From an uncultured Actinomycetes bacterium (GTDB lineage: Bacteria; Actinomycetota; Thermoleophilia; Gaiellales; Gaiellaceae): DNA of 64,000 nt. The position numbers and the translations under genes were made by a program. The notes beneath the pieces are model-generated. The model saw only the letters and a program-made list of their open reading frames with translations, searched no databases and was not told where the DNA came from. Of the stretch, positions 44,662-54,339 are shown one piece after another (the first letter of the stretch is position 1; every line of letters starts with the position of its first letter). The DNA lies in the NCBI GenBank assembly GCA_963753525.1, contig CAVWCS010000005.1, forward strand, positions 768,603 to 832,602. The letters are read 5' to 3'.

Positions 44662-45825
44662 CTACTTCTTCTTCTTGACGACCTTGCCGCGCTTGCAGAC
44701 GTAGCCCTTCGCGAGCTTCGTCTTCTTGGTGCACTTGCCGGACTTGGCGCCCTTCGCCAGGACGACGAAGCCCTTCACGCAGGCCCAGCCGGGATAGAGC
44801 TTCGTCTTCGCTGTGCAGATCGGCCGGCCGGCGCAGTTCTGCGGCGGGTAGACGTTCTCCACACCCCGCTGGCTGCTGATGTTCGTCACCGCCACCGAGT
44901 TGCCGTCCAGGGTCGCGGTGCCGCCCTGGCAGTCTCCGCCGTAGCTGACCTTCAGCGTCTGGGCCGGAGCGTGGTAGTCGTTCGGGCCTGCGCCGGTCGT
45001 AACGACCGTCCCGTCGGTCTTCGTACATACGCCTACGCCGAGCGACGGGTAGAAAGTGACAGTCGCTGTGTCGTTGCCGAGTGGCTTGTTCTGGTACTTC
45101 GAATCCGCCACCTCGACCTTCGCGACCCGCGTGCTGACCGTGGTGATGGACGCTCCGGAGCTGGCGCTCGCTGAGACCGGGCTGAGTACCGTGTCGACGA
45201 GCCCGTCGAGCGTCAAGGCGTCCGCGTCGGAGGTGTACGCGTCGTATCCGGTGTTGACCTTGAAGTCGATGAACCCCCAGCGGGAGCCGAACTCGCACTT
45301 CAGCACGGAGTTGCAGTCGTTGGCTACACCGGTTGCGACCTGGACGTCGCTGATCGTGAAGCTCGTGTCGCCCGGCGGGCAGGGGTACACGGTCACGGTG
45401 TTCGACACCGCGGTCGCTTCGGCGTCATAGACGGTCGTACCGAGATAGGCGCACACGATTCGGTTGCCCGCCGCGCCCACGTTCGAAGTGGACACGACGG
45501 AGAAGGATCCCGAGACGGCTGTGTAGTTCGGTGTTGGCCGTTCAGGGCCATTGCCGGGGCCGAGGTTCTCGGCACTGGCGGTGGCCTCGCATGGCGTGTC
45601 CGCATGATTGACGTACACGAAGACGTACTCGGACGTCGAGGCGAAGCCGGAGGCCGTCATGGACAGCGTGTTCGGCCCGGTCAGGGAGGCGGTGGCGGTC
45701 AGGGAGTCGCCCGCGGCCGAAGCCGGAGCGGTGACTGTCAGCCCGACGAAGGCGGCGAGCGAGAGCGCGAGGATCGCGGGCGCGAGCAAGCCGCGGCAGA
45801 GCCGTGCGAGCGATGGACTAAACAC
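44662..45825 (-). CDS. Secreted Thr/Ser/Val-rich protein with multiple Cys and a Lys-rich, Cys-spaced C-terminus (hypothetical)
   Basis: 387 aa with signal peptide ...LALSLAAFVGLTVTAPASA and beta-rich Ig-like composition. The C-terminus reads CTAKTKLYPGWACVKGFVVLAKGAKSGKCTKKTKLAKGYVCKRGKVVKKKK. It is visibly less GC-rich than its neighbours. No family recognised. Confidence 0.6.
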   Translation of the reverse strand: MFSPSLARLCRGLLAPAILALSLAAFVGLTVTAPASAAGDSLTATASLTGPNTLSMTASGFASTSEYVFVYVNHADTPCEATASAENLGPGNGPERPTPNYTAVSGSFSVVSTSNVGAAGNRIVCAYLGTTVYDAEATAVSNTVTVYPCPPGDTSFTISDVQVATGVANDCNSVLKCEFGSRWGFIDFKVNTGYDAYTSDADALTLDGLVDTVLSPVSASASSGASITTVSTRVAKVEVADSKYQNKPLGNDTATVTFYPSLGVGVCTKTDGTVVTTGAGPNDYHAPAQTLKVSYGGDCQGGTATLDGNSVAVTNISSQRGVENVYPPQNCAGRPICTAKTKLYPGWACVKGFVVLAKGAKSGKCTKKTKLAKGYVCKRGKVVKKKK

Positions 45826-45913
45826 TGTGAACCCCTCTCGAATGGACGGGGGTCATATCCACCCCGTTGGCATCACGGTACTCGGCATTTCGCCAATTGC
45901 AAAAGCTGGCGGA

Positions 45914-46966
45914 TCAGGCCGGCGCGAACGCCGCGATCTCGCGCTCTCGCGCCAGCCGTTCCAGCGCCTGGATCTCGATCTGACGCACCCGCTCGCGCGT
46001 CAGACCCATCTCGCGGCCGATCATCTCGAGCGACATCGGATCGCGGTCGCCTTTCAGCCCGTAGCGCAGATTGATCACATACTGCTCGCGCTTCGGCAGC
46101 TTCGCCACCACCTCGCGCAGCAGGACCTCGCTCAGCCCGACGACGACCTCCTCCTCGACGTCTGTCGGATGCATCGCGAAGATATCCCCGAACGACGTGT
46201 CGCTTTCGCCGCCGAGCGGTTTGTCGAGGCTCGCGACCGCTCTCGCCGCCTTCCGCACTTCGCGCACGTGCTTCAAGGAGAGCTTCGCCGTCTTCGCGAC
46301 CTCGTCGTCGGTCGGAGCGCGCTCGAGCTTCAGCGTCAGCTCCCGCTCCGCGCGCGCGATCTTCTGCTCGCGCTCGACGATGTGGACGGGGATCCGGATC
46401 GTCCGTGACTTGTTCGCGACGCCGCGTTGCACCGCCTGGCGGATCCACCACGTCGCGTAGGTCGAGAACTTGTAGCCGCGCCGCCAGTCGAACTTCTCGA
46501 CCGCGCGGATGAGCCCGATGATTCCCTCCTGGATCAGGTCGAGGAGCGACAGGCCGTGGCCCTGGTACTTCTTCGCGATCGAGACGACGAGGCGGAGGTT
46601 CGAGTTGATCATCAAATCCTTCGCCACGCGGTCGCCGCGCTCGATCCGTTTCGCGAGCTCGACCTCCTCCGCCGCGGTGAGGAGCTTGTAGCGGCCCGCC
46701 TCGTTGAGGAAGAGCTGCAGCGAGTCGGTCGTCATTGCAGCGACCGTCTCGTTCGAGAAGTGCGTCTCCGCCAGGTCAGGCAGCGAGCAGTCGTCGGTGA
46801 GCTCGATTCCGTGGTCCTCCAGCTGCTGGTAGAGGGCCTGCGTCTCCTCGTCGTCGATCTCGAGCTCGGTGAGGAGTTGCGTGAACGCAGACAGGTTGAC
46901 GCAGCCGGCCTCCTCGCCGTGCTCCATCAGGGCGCGTAGTTGGTCGTGACTCATGCCTAGGCTCAT
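45914..46966 (-). CDS. RNA polymerase sigma-70 family factor, principal/group-1-2 (RpoD/HrdB-like)
   Basis: 350 aa with [70 protein letters not shown] and [21 protein letters not shown]. Regions 1.2 to 4.2 are all present. Confidence 0.9.
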   Translation of the reverse strand: MSLGMSHDQLRALMEHGEEAGCVNLSAFTQLLTELEIDDEETQALYQQLEDHGIELTDDCSLPDLAETHFSNETVAAMTTDSLQLFLNEAGRYKLLTAAEEVELAKRIERGDRVAKDLMINSNLRLVVSIAKKYQGHGLSLLDLIQEGIIGLIRAVEKFDWRRGYKFSTYATWWIRQAVQRGVANKSRTIRIPVHIVEREQKIARAERELTLKLERAPTDDEVAKTAKLSLKHVREVRKAARAVASLDKPLGGESDTSFGDIFAMHPTDVEEEVVVGLSEVLLREVVAKLPKREQYVINLRYGLKGDRDPMSLEMIGREMGLTRERVRQIEIQALERLAREREIAAFAPA

Positions 46967-47034
46967 GCCCCGCGGCCCGGATAGGTAACGCGAGGCGTTT
47001 TCGGTCTTACATCCGGCGGGTAAACTCGAAAACG

Positions 47035-47326
47035 GTGGGTGGCCCGGACTCCCTCACGGAGTTGGTCTTCCTGATGGTGATTCTCAAGATCCCCATCGTC
47101 TATCTCTGCGGCGTCATCTACCACGCGCTCAAGTCCGAGCCGGAGAAGGGAGAGCTCCGACCCGGTACGCGTGCGTGTCTCGCCCGACGACCCGCTGCCC
47201 GGATTCGGCCGGATTCGCCCGCGTTCGCGCCGCCGCCCGCCGCGGCCGCACGGAGGCCCGGCGCGCGCCTACGCCCGCACCGCGCGTGCCGGGTACGCCC
47301 GCGCCGATAGGCTGGGGCGCGGATGA
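47035..47326 (+). CDS. Small membrane protein (hypothetical); apparent +1 frame break near 47165
   Basis: ORF 47035-47310 begins [38 protein letters not shown]. The +1 frame then reads [36 protein letters not shown]... It ends at TGA 47324-47326, overlapping the next ATG (ATGA). The gene length is 3n+1. Confidence 0.4.
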
Positions 47327-47598
47327 ACTTCGACGCCGACACGAGCATCGCCGGCGGCCCTGCCGAGCGGAGCACGGCTCAGAGCGTCGCGGGCTATCTC
47401 TCGTCGTTCGCGATCTTCGTCAGCTTCCTCGGGATCTTCTGGCACCCGCTCCGCCTCATCGTCCCGTCGCTCCTCGTCGCGCTCATTGCGTCGGGGATGG
47501 CGAAGGGGAGGCTTCAGCTCGCTGCGGTGCTGATCGGTGGCGTCTGCCTCTTCCTCGGGCTCGCGATCGCCGTGGCCACGGGCCACGCGCTCTGGTAG
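47323..47598 (+). CDS. Small membrane protein (hypothetical, 91 aa)
   Basis: Three predicted TM helices (YLSSFAIFVSFLGIFW, LIVPSLLVALIASGM, LAAVLIGGVCLFLGLAIAVA). Apparently translationally coupled to the upstream ORF. Confidence 0.45.
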   Translation: MNFDADTSIAGGPAERSTAQSVAGYLSSFAIFVSFLGIFWHPLRLIVPSLLVALIASGMAKGRLQLAAVLIGGVCLFLGLAIAVATGHALW

Positions 47599-47628
47599 CG
47601 CAGCGGCCGCTGCTACAACGGGAGAGCA

Positions 47629-50460
47629 ATGGGACGCCCTGAGGTCGACGGCCCGAACTCGGGCTACGCCGCGCTTCTTCTCGAGCAGTACCTCGACAAC
47701 CCCGGCTCCGTGCCGGAGGAGTGGCGCGACCTCTTCGAGAGCGACCCCGCCGCGGTCATCGCTTCGCAGCCAGGCCTCGCGCGCCTGCTCGAGCTCGCAT
47801 CGAACGGGACTTGCTGCGCCGCCTCCGCCTCCGCCGGCTCCGGCTCCACGGCTCGCGCCGCGGTTCCCGACGCAGGAGCTGCTCGGCGGGGTCGCCGCGG
47901 CGATGGCGCTCGTCAAGGCGATCCGGATGCACGGGCACCTCAATGCCCGGCTCGACCCGCTCGGGGCGGAGCCGCCCGGCGACCCGGCGCTCGAGCCGCT
48001 TCGCCTGATCCCGAAGCTCACGCCCGAGCTGCAGGCGCGCATCCCCGCCTCGCTCCTTCGCCTCCACGTCGAGGGAGAGACGCTCGCCGACGCGCTGCCG
48101 CGGCTCCTCGCGACGTACACGGGGACGATCGCGTACGAGATCGAGCACATCTCCGACCACGAGGAGCGCGTCTGGCTGCGGCAGGCGATCGAGTCGGGCC
48201 GCTACCGCAGGCCGCTCACGCGCGACGAGCGCGTCCGGCTGCTCGGCCGGCTGAGCCAGGTCGAGGGGATGGAGCGCTACCTCCGCCGCGCCTTCCTCGG
48301 GCAGAAGCAGTTCTCCGTCGAGGGGCTCGACGTGATGATCCCGATGCTCGACGAGGCGATCGAGCTCGCCGCGGAAGCAGGCGCGCACGAGGTCGTGATC
48401 GGGATGGCGCACCGCGGCCGCCTCAACGTCCTCGCGCACGTCGTCGGCCGGCCGTACGAGGTCGTCCTCCGCGAGTTCGAGGGCGAGCGAACGATCGAGG
48501 CAGTCGTCTCGAGCGAGGAGGGCGGCAGCGGCGACGTGAAGTACCACCTCGGCGCGCAGGGCACGCGCTCGACGCCGGCCGGCGACATCACGATCACGCT
48601 CGTCTCCAACCCGAGCCACCTCGAGGCCGTCGATCCCGTCGTCGAGGGACGGGCGCGCGCGAAGCAGACCGACCGCTCGTCGCGGGAGGGCTACTCCGAC
48701 CCGACCGTCGCGCTCCCGATCCTCATCCACGGCGACGCCGCCTTCGCCGGCCAGGGGATCGTCGCGGAGACGCTTCAACCTCGAGGCGCTCGCCGGCTAC
48801 TCGACCGGCGGCACGCTCCACCTGATCACGAACAACCAGGTCGGTTTCACGACCGACCCGGAGAGCGGCCGCTCGACGCGCTACTCGAGCGACCTTGCGA
48901 AGGGGTTCGACTGCCCGATCGTCCACGTCAACGCCGACGACCCGGAGGCGGCGCTCGCGGCGATCCGGCTCGCGCTCGCCTATCGCGTGCGCTTCGGCCA
49001 CGACGTCGTCGTCGACCTCGTCGGCTACCGCCGGCACGGGCACAACGAGCAGGACGAGGCGGCATACACGCAGCCGCTTCTCGCAGCCGCGATCGCCGAG
49101 CACCCGACGGTGCGCGAGCAGTTCGCGGCCGAGCTCGTCGCCGACGGCGACGTCGCCGAGGAGCAGGCCGCCGAGCTCGAGCAGACCGTGCTCATGGAGC
49201 TGAAGGCAGCGCACGAGGCGCTCAAGGAGACCTTCGGCGCGCACGAGCCGCCGCCGCGGCCCGATGACACGCATGTCCCGGCCGCGACCGGCGAGCAGGT
49301 CGTGACGGCCGTCGCCGCCGATCGGCTCCGCTCACTCAACGAGGAGCTCCTCCGTGTCCCGTCGGGCTTCACGCCGCACCCGAAGCTCATGAAGCAGCTC
49401 GAGCGCCGGCGCGACACGCTCGAGGAGGGCGGCATCGACTGGGGCCAGGCGGAGGCGCTCGCGTTCGCGTCGCTGCTCGTCGACGGGATCCCGATCCGGC
49501 TCACCGGCCAGGACACGGAGCGCGGCACGTTCTCGCACCGCCACGCCGTCCTCCACGACGTCAACACGGGCGGCACGTACACGCCGCTCCAGCATCTCGA
49601 CGAGGCGAGGGCCGCGTTCGAGATCTACAACTCGCCGCTGTCGGAGTACGCGTGCGTCGGGTTCGAGTACGGCTACGCGGCTGCCGCGCCCGAGGCGCTC
49701 GTCCTCTGGGAGGCGCAGTTCGGCGACTTCGTCAACGGCGCCCAGATCGTCGTCGACCAGTTCATCTCCGCAGGCCTCTCGAAGTGGCGCGAGTCGACGC
49801 GGCTGACGCTGCTGCTCCCGCACGGCTACGAGGGGAACGGCCCGGAGCATTCGAGCGCGCGGCTCGAGCGGTTCCTCCAGCTCGCCGCGCAGGAGAACAT
49901 CCGGATCGCGAACTGCACGACGTCGGCGCAGTACTTCCACCTGCTGCGGCGCCAGGCGCTCGACGCGATGGCGCGTCCGCTCGTCGTGATGACGCCGAAA
50001 GGGCTGCTGCGCCTCAAGCAGGCGGGCGCGACGCTCGACGATCTTGCCACCGGCGAGTTCCACCCGCTGCTCGACGACGCGACGGCCGACCGGGCGTCGG
50101 TCGAGCGCCTCATCCTCTGCCAGGGCAAGGTCTATTACGACATCGAGGGCCACGAGGAGCGCGGCAACGCGGCGGGCGTCGCGATCGCGCGCGTCGAGCA
50201 GCTCTATCCGTTCCCGGCGGAGCAGGTGCGGGAGCTGATCGCCGGCTACCCGAACCTCCGCGAGCTCGTCTGGGCGCAGGAGGAGCCGCAGAACATGGGG
50301 GCGTGGCGCGCGATCCGCCACCGGCTCGAGGAGGCCAAGCCCGAGCGACGTACCGCTCGCCTACGTCGGCCGGCCGTGGCGCGCGAGCCCGAGCGAGGGC
50401 TACCCGACAGCGCATCTGCGCGAGCAGGACCGGATCGTCCGCGCTGCGCTCGGTCTTTAG
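47629..50460 (+). CDS. sucA: 2-oxoglutarate dehydrogenase E1 component; three apparent +1 frame breaks (about 47809, 48776, 50346)
   Basis: Segment 1: GPNSGYAALLLEQYLDNPGSVPEEWRDLFES. Segment 2 (ORF 47537-49267): ...ALVKAIRMHGHLNARLDPLG...EIEHISDHEERVWL...IGMAHRGRLNVLAHV...GDVKYHLG...LVSNPSHLEAVDPVVEG..IHGDAAFAGQGIVAETL. Segment 3 (ORF 48987-50621): NLEALAGYSTGGTLHLITNNQVGFTT...GYRRHGHNEQDE...LWEAQFGDFVNGAQ...LLLPHGYEGNGPEHSS...EEPQNMGAW. The last segment reads DVPLAYVGRPWRASPSEGYPTAHLREQDRIVRAALGL and ends at TAG 50458-50460. Confidence 0.9.
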
Positions 50461-50634
50461 CTACTTCTTCTTGCGGGCGCGCGCCTGGACGACGTGCTTC
50501 GCGATCTTCGGGCCGTGCTTGCGCGCGAGGCCGAGCGCCTTCTTGCGCTGCTTCGGCGGGAGCCTCCGCCACACGTCCCACGCACCCACGGCGAGCGCCC
50601 AGGCGGTCGGGCGGAGCTTGAGCTTCTTAGGCAT
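50461..50634 (-). CDS. Very basic small protein (57 aa, hypothetical)
   Basis: Hand-trimmed from ORF 50461-50859: MPKKLKLRPTAWALAVGAWDVWRRLPPKQRKKALGLARKHGPKIAKHVVQARARKKK. Its stop abuts the sucA stop. The SD is weak (AAGGA about 9 nt upstream). Confidence 0.3.
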   Translation of the reverse strand: MPKKLKLRPTAWALAVGAWDVWRRLPPKQRKKALGLARKHGPKIAKHVVQARARKKK

Positions 50635-50727
50635 GCTCCACATCCTTTCATAACTCTCGAATCGGAAAACCCCCTGGATTTGCTTATCATTGCGGCGAGG
50701 ACGCAAGCCTATGGAGGTCGTTTGCCA

Positions 50728-51135
50728 ATGTCTGTAGAGACATCGTCGATGTTCGAGCGCGTTATCCAGGATCACCTCGCGCTCAAGGAACGCAACGCGC
50801 GGCTCGACGGCAACATGCCGATTGAGCGCTACAAGGACGAGGATCCCTTCGATAACCATCCGCTCTTCAAGACCGAAGAGCAGGCGCGGATCGAGGAGAC
50901 GATGGACGGAGTCGATCCCGACTTCAGCGACGAGACCCTCGACGACATCGGGGTTGGCGTGTGGCCGGGCCAGCAGCAGGCCGCGGCGCCGGACACGTGG
51001 AGCGAGGAGCCGCGCGCGGCGACGCTGCCGCCCGAGGTCGAGGACGCGACTGCCGAGAACGCAGCGCCGGAGGTCGAGGAGACGACCGGCTTCTGGAACA
51101 CCGGCGGCGCCCGCGACTTCGACTGGGGCGACTAA
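50728..51135 (+). CDS. Acidic hypothetical protein (135 aa)
   Basis: ATG 50728 lies 10 nt after GGAGG, inside ORF 50494-51135. The protein reads MSVETSSMFERVIQDHLALKERNARLDGNMPIERYKDEDPFDNHPLFKTEEQARIEETMDGVDPDF... and ends FDWGD. No family recognised. Confidence 0.55.
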   Translation: MSVETSSMFERVIQDHLALKERNARLDGNMPIERYKDEDPFDNHPLFKTEEQARIEETMDGVDPDFSDETLDDIGVGVWPGQQQAAAPDTWSEEPRAATLPPEVEDATAENAAPEVEETTGFWNTGGARDFDWGD

Positions 51136-51136
51136 G

Positions 51137-51319
51137 TAGCTTGCCGGTCTCGCTCGCTGAACTAAGGAACTCGGGCCGCCAGAGCGCGGTCTGGCGGCCC
51201 TCGTGCTGAGAGCTCGTTTGCCCGCCGCGGCAGGCGCCTGCGGCGCGCGCCGGGGAGCGGGAGAGCCTGCGGCTAAGCCCCGCTGCGCGGAGCCTTAGCC
51301 TCCGGCCGGAGGCGAGTTA
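51137..51319 (-). repeat. Structured intergenic repeat, copy B (full length, reverse orientation)
   Basis: The reverse complement aligns with 31561-31752, sharing blocks GGCCGGAGGCTAAG, CGCAGGCTCTCCC, CTCCCCGGCGCGCGCCG, GAGTTCC and CAGCGAGCGAG. Hairpin GGGCCGCCAGA-CCGCGC-TCTGGCGGCCC is the reverse complement of 51173-51200. The hairpin-2 region is replaced by ACCGGCA. Confidence 0.78.
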
Positions 51320-51355
51320 CGCCGTGGCGGTGATCGTGATCCCGCCGCGTGGTTT

Positions 51356-51562
51356 TTGCGTGAGCGTGACTGTGACGCCGCTTCGGTCGAGCTCGCGGAC
51401 TTCTCTCAGCCCGATGAGGGGACGGCGATGGAGGCGTGGTACGCGCACTCGCGCGGCAAGCCCGTCGTCGCGTACACCGGCAGCGCATGGGCGCATCCGT
51501 GGACGGTCTACGTGGCCGCGAGCATCCACGCGGAGCTGGTCGACGCCGTCGCGGCGCTCTAG
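51356..51562 (+). pseudogene. Possible 3' remnant of a nucleoside 2-deoxyribosyltransferase-like gene
   Basis: The 68 aa ORF reads ...VELADFSQPDEGTAMEAWYAHSRGKPVVAYTGSAWAHPW... This resembles the C-terminal D.GT..E.GYA...KPV region of that fold. The expected ~70 N-terminal residues are absent, and the sequence immediately upstream is repeat copy B. Confidence 0.3.
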
Positions 51563-51687
51563 TCGCTCAACCAGCCTCGCTCGCCGTCGGAAGGCGCATA
51601 CCCAAGCGGAAAGTGGGGAAGCATTGGTTCGCGGCGATCCCTCCGTAGAGGGACGCCCTAGGCCGGTTCTTCACCGATGCTTTCCCG

Positions 51688-54339
51688 GTGGTAGTGCGGA
51701 CCTCCCACCTACGGCTGCTCGAGGACGAGGACTCGTTCGGCGATGCGACTCTCATCGAGTCGTACCGCCGACTAGCCGACGTCTTCCACGAGGTGCTTGC
51801 TGAGCAGTCGCTCGACGCGCTCCTCGTGCGCGTCGCCGACACCGTCGGCGAGCTCATCCCGCACGACACGCTCACGATCTACGAAGCCGACGAGGCCAAG
51901 GGAATGCTCAAGCCCGCCCTTGTCGTTCGCGACGAGTACGTCGACGAGATCATGAGCCAGACTGTCAGCTTCATCGACGGCGAGGGGATCACAGGCTGGG
52001 CCGTGAGCCATCGCGAGGCGGTGCTCGCCAACCAGGCGCATCTCGACCCGCGCGTGGCGCTTGTTCCGGGCACGCCGGTCGAGCCGGAGTCGTTCATCTG
52101 CGTGCCGCTCATCGCGCGCGGCCATGTGAAGGGGGCTCTCAACATCTATCGGGACGGCGAGGACGTCGATTTCACCGAGACGGAGTTCGAGCTCGCGAAA
52201 CGGTTCGGCGACGCCGCCGCGCTCGCGCTCGACAACGCCGAGATCCGAGCGCGGCTCGAGCATCAGGCGCGCACCGACTCGCTGACCGGACTCCTCAACC
52301 ACAGCGTCTTCTACGAGCAACTCCTCCATGCTCTGCAGGAGTCGAGCCGCCTCCACTTGCCGGTCGCAGTGCTAATGCTCGACATCGACGACTTCAAGCA
52401 CGTGAACGACGTCCATGGTCACGCCGTCGGCGACGAGCTTCTCCGCTACCTCGCCGAGGTGCTGCGCGTGACCGTACGGCCCGACGACACCGTCTGTCGG
52501 CTCGGCGGCGAGGAGTTCGCCGTCGTGATGGTCGGCTGCACCGAAGCGGGGGCGCTCAAGGTCGCCGAGCGGATCAAGCGCCGGCTCTCCGAGTCGGAAT
52601 TTCCGGGCGTCGGCCGTCTCGCGGTCTCCCTCGGACTCGCGCTCGGCCCTGAGCACGCGATGAACCCGCGCGAGCTTGCGGCGTGCGCCGAGGCGGCGAT
52701 GATGACCGCAAAGGCGCAGGGAAAGAACCGCATCGTTCTCTACGCCGAGGCCGAGACCGAGCGTCCCGACGCGCCGGCGACGACCCGCGACGTGCGCTCG
52801 ATCGCGCATCTCAAGATGCTCCAGAGTCTCAGCGGCAAGCTCAATCGCATCAACGACGTCCGCGAGATCGGCGAGGAGATCGCCGCCGAGCTACGGTCGC
52901 TCATCGACTACCACAACTGCCGCGTCTTCGTGGTCGACGGGACGGATCTCGTCCCCGTCGCCTTCCTCGGCGGCCTCTCGACGAACATCAGGTCTCTGTC
53001 CCTCGACCTGCTCCGGATCAAAGTCGGTGTGGGAATCACGGGCCACTGCGCGGAGCTCGGGGAATCGATCGTCGTCGGCGACGCCGCCAACTACGAGTTC
53101 GGGCACCAGATCGAAGGGACGCCGGCGATCGAGGAATCTCTCCTCGCCGTGCCTCTCCGGTACGGCTCGCAAGTCGTCGGCGTGATCGTCGTCTCGAAGC
53201 TCGGTCTCGACCAGTTCGACGAGGACGAGGTTCGGCTGCTCGAGGTTCTGGCCGGCCACGCCGCCGTCGCGATCGAGAACGCGCGCCTCTTCGAGGCGGC
53301 GAGGCGTGAGGCGGAGAGCGCGACCGCCTTGCTCGAGTTCGGCCGCGAGCTGGCCACGCTCGTCGAGTTCGGCGAGATCGTCGAGCGGGTGACGAGCCTG
53401 TCGGCCGAAGTGCTCGGAAGCCGGTACACATCGCTCTGGCTCGAGCGCGGCGGTGCGCTGCGGCTCGCGGCGGAGCACGGTCACACAGCTGAGTTCTCGG
53501 AGCGGCTGTCCGAATTGACGTTCCCCGTCGACGGGATTCCCACCGACGGCGAACCGTACGTCATCGGCCCCGAGGACTACGCGGACATCTTTCCGGAGCC
53601 CTCCTCCCCCGACGGTCGTTATGCGGTCGCTCCCTTCGCCGTCGATGGACGCGCCGGGTGCTTCGTGGCCCTCATCGACCGCGAGGACTTCGGTGAGCGC
53701 GAGCTCCGGCTTCTCGGCGGCCTCGCCCACCAGGCGAAGCTCGCGATCGCCAACGCCTCGAGCTACGAAGGGCTCGAGCGGACCTTCGTCTCCACAGTCG
53801 AGGCGCTCGCGAACGCTCTCGAGGCGAGCGACGAGTACACGTCACGGCACGCGCGCTGGATCAGCGACCTCTCGCTCCGCGTCGGCGGGGTGCTCTCGCT
53901 CGACGAGCGGACGCTGAAGCGCCTCGAGCTCGGCGCGCTGCTCCACGACATCGGCAAGATTGGGATCCCGAGCGACATCCTCTCGAAGCCGGGGCGTCTC
54001 ACCGCCCAGGAAAGGAAGATCGTCGAGACGCACCCCGAGCTCGGCGAGCGGATCATCGCGCCGATCGACCGGCTCCAGAGCGTGCGCCCGATTGTCCGCC
54101 ATTGCCACGAGCGCTGGGACGGCGCCGGCTATCCGGACGGGATCTCCGGTGAGGACATCCCGCTCGAGTCGCGGATCATCTTCGTGTGCGATGCGTACCA
54201 CTCAATGACGACCGACCGCCCGTACCGGCGGCGCCTCAGCCATCCCGAAGCGCTTCGGCGGCTCGCCGAAGGGTCCGGCACGCAGTTCGACCCGCGGGTC
54301 GTCGAAGTCGCGCTCCGCGTCCTCGAGCCGAGCTCCTAG
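51688..54339 (+). CDS. Multidomain c-di-GMP signalling protein: GAF-GGDEF-GAF-GAF-HD-GYP
   Basis: 883 aa. GGDEF domain: [11 protein letters not shown]...[23 protein letters not shown]...[16 protein letters not shown], with an RxxD I-site 5 residues before GGEEF. HD-GYP domain: [14 protein letters not shown]...[14 protein letters not shown]. Three GAF-like modules each end in ...AIENARL / AIANAS. Confidence 0.88.
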   Translation: MVVRTSHLRLLEDEDSFGDATLIESYRRLADVFHEVLAEQSLDALLVRVADTVGELIPHDTLTIYEADEAKGMLKPALVVRDEYVDEIMSQTVSFIDGEGITGWAVSHREAVLANQAHLDPRVALVPGTPVEPESFICVPLIARGHVKGALNIYRDGEDVDFTETEFELAKRFGDAAALALDNAEIRARLEHQARTDSLTGLLNHSVFYEQLLHALQESSRLHLPVAVLMLDIDDFKHVNDVHGHAVGDELLRYLAEVLRVTVRPDDTVCRLGGEEFAVVMVGCTEAGALKVAERIKRRLSESEFPGVGRLAVSLGLALGPEHAMNPRELAACAEAAMMTAKAQGKNRIVLYAEAETERPDAPATTRDVRSIAHLKMLQSLSGKLNRINDVREIGEEIAAELRSLIDYHNCRVFVVDGTDLVPVAFLGGLSTNIRSLSLDLLRIKVGVGITGHCAELGESIVVGDAANYEFGHQIEGTPAIEESLLAVPLRYGSQVVGVIVVSKLGLDQFDEDEVRLLEVLAGHAAVAIENARLFEAARREAESATALLEFGRELATLVEFGEIVERVTSLSAEVLGSRYTSLWLERGGALRLAAEHGHTAEFSERLSELTFPVDGIPTDGEPYVIGPEDYADIFPEPSSPDGRYAVAPFAVDGRAGCFVALIDREDFGERELRLLGGLAHQAKLAIANASSYEGLERTFVSTVEALANALEASDEYTSRHARWISDLSLRVGGVLSLDERTLKRLELGALLHDIGKIGIPSDILSKPGRLTAQERKIVETHPELGERIIAPIDRLQSVRPIVRHCHERWDGAGYPDGISGEDIPLESRIIFVCDAYHSMTTDRPYRRRLSHPEALRRLAEGSGTQFDPRVVEVALRVLEPSS

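Noticed and set aside
51273-51529. Minus-strand ORFs 51317-51529 and 51273-51488, the first ending at the TAA that begins repeat copy B.
   Set aside because: Their products are Arg-rich and nonsense-like. They are antisense to a plus-strand ORF with a recognisable fold motif (DEGTAMEAWYAHSRGKPVV). The coincidence with the element end was noted but is not persuasive.
51563-51687. The leader of the GGDEF/HD-GYP gene, considered as a c-di-GMP (GEMM) riboswitch.
   Set aside because: I could not find the conserved GEMM-I or GEMM-II core sequences or a paired-helix layout. Only a 5-bp hairpin (CCCTC-CGTA-GAGGG) is present.
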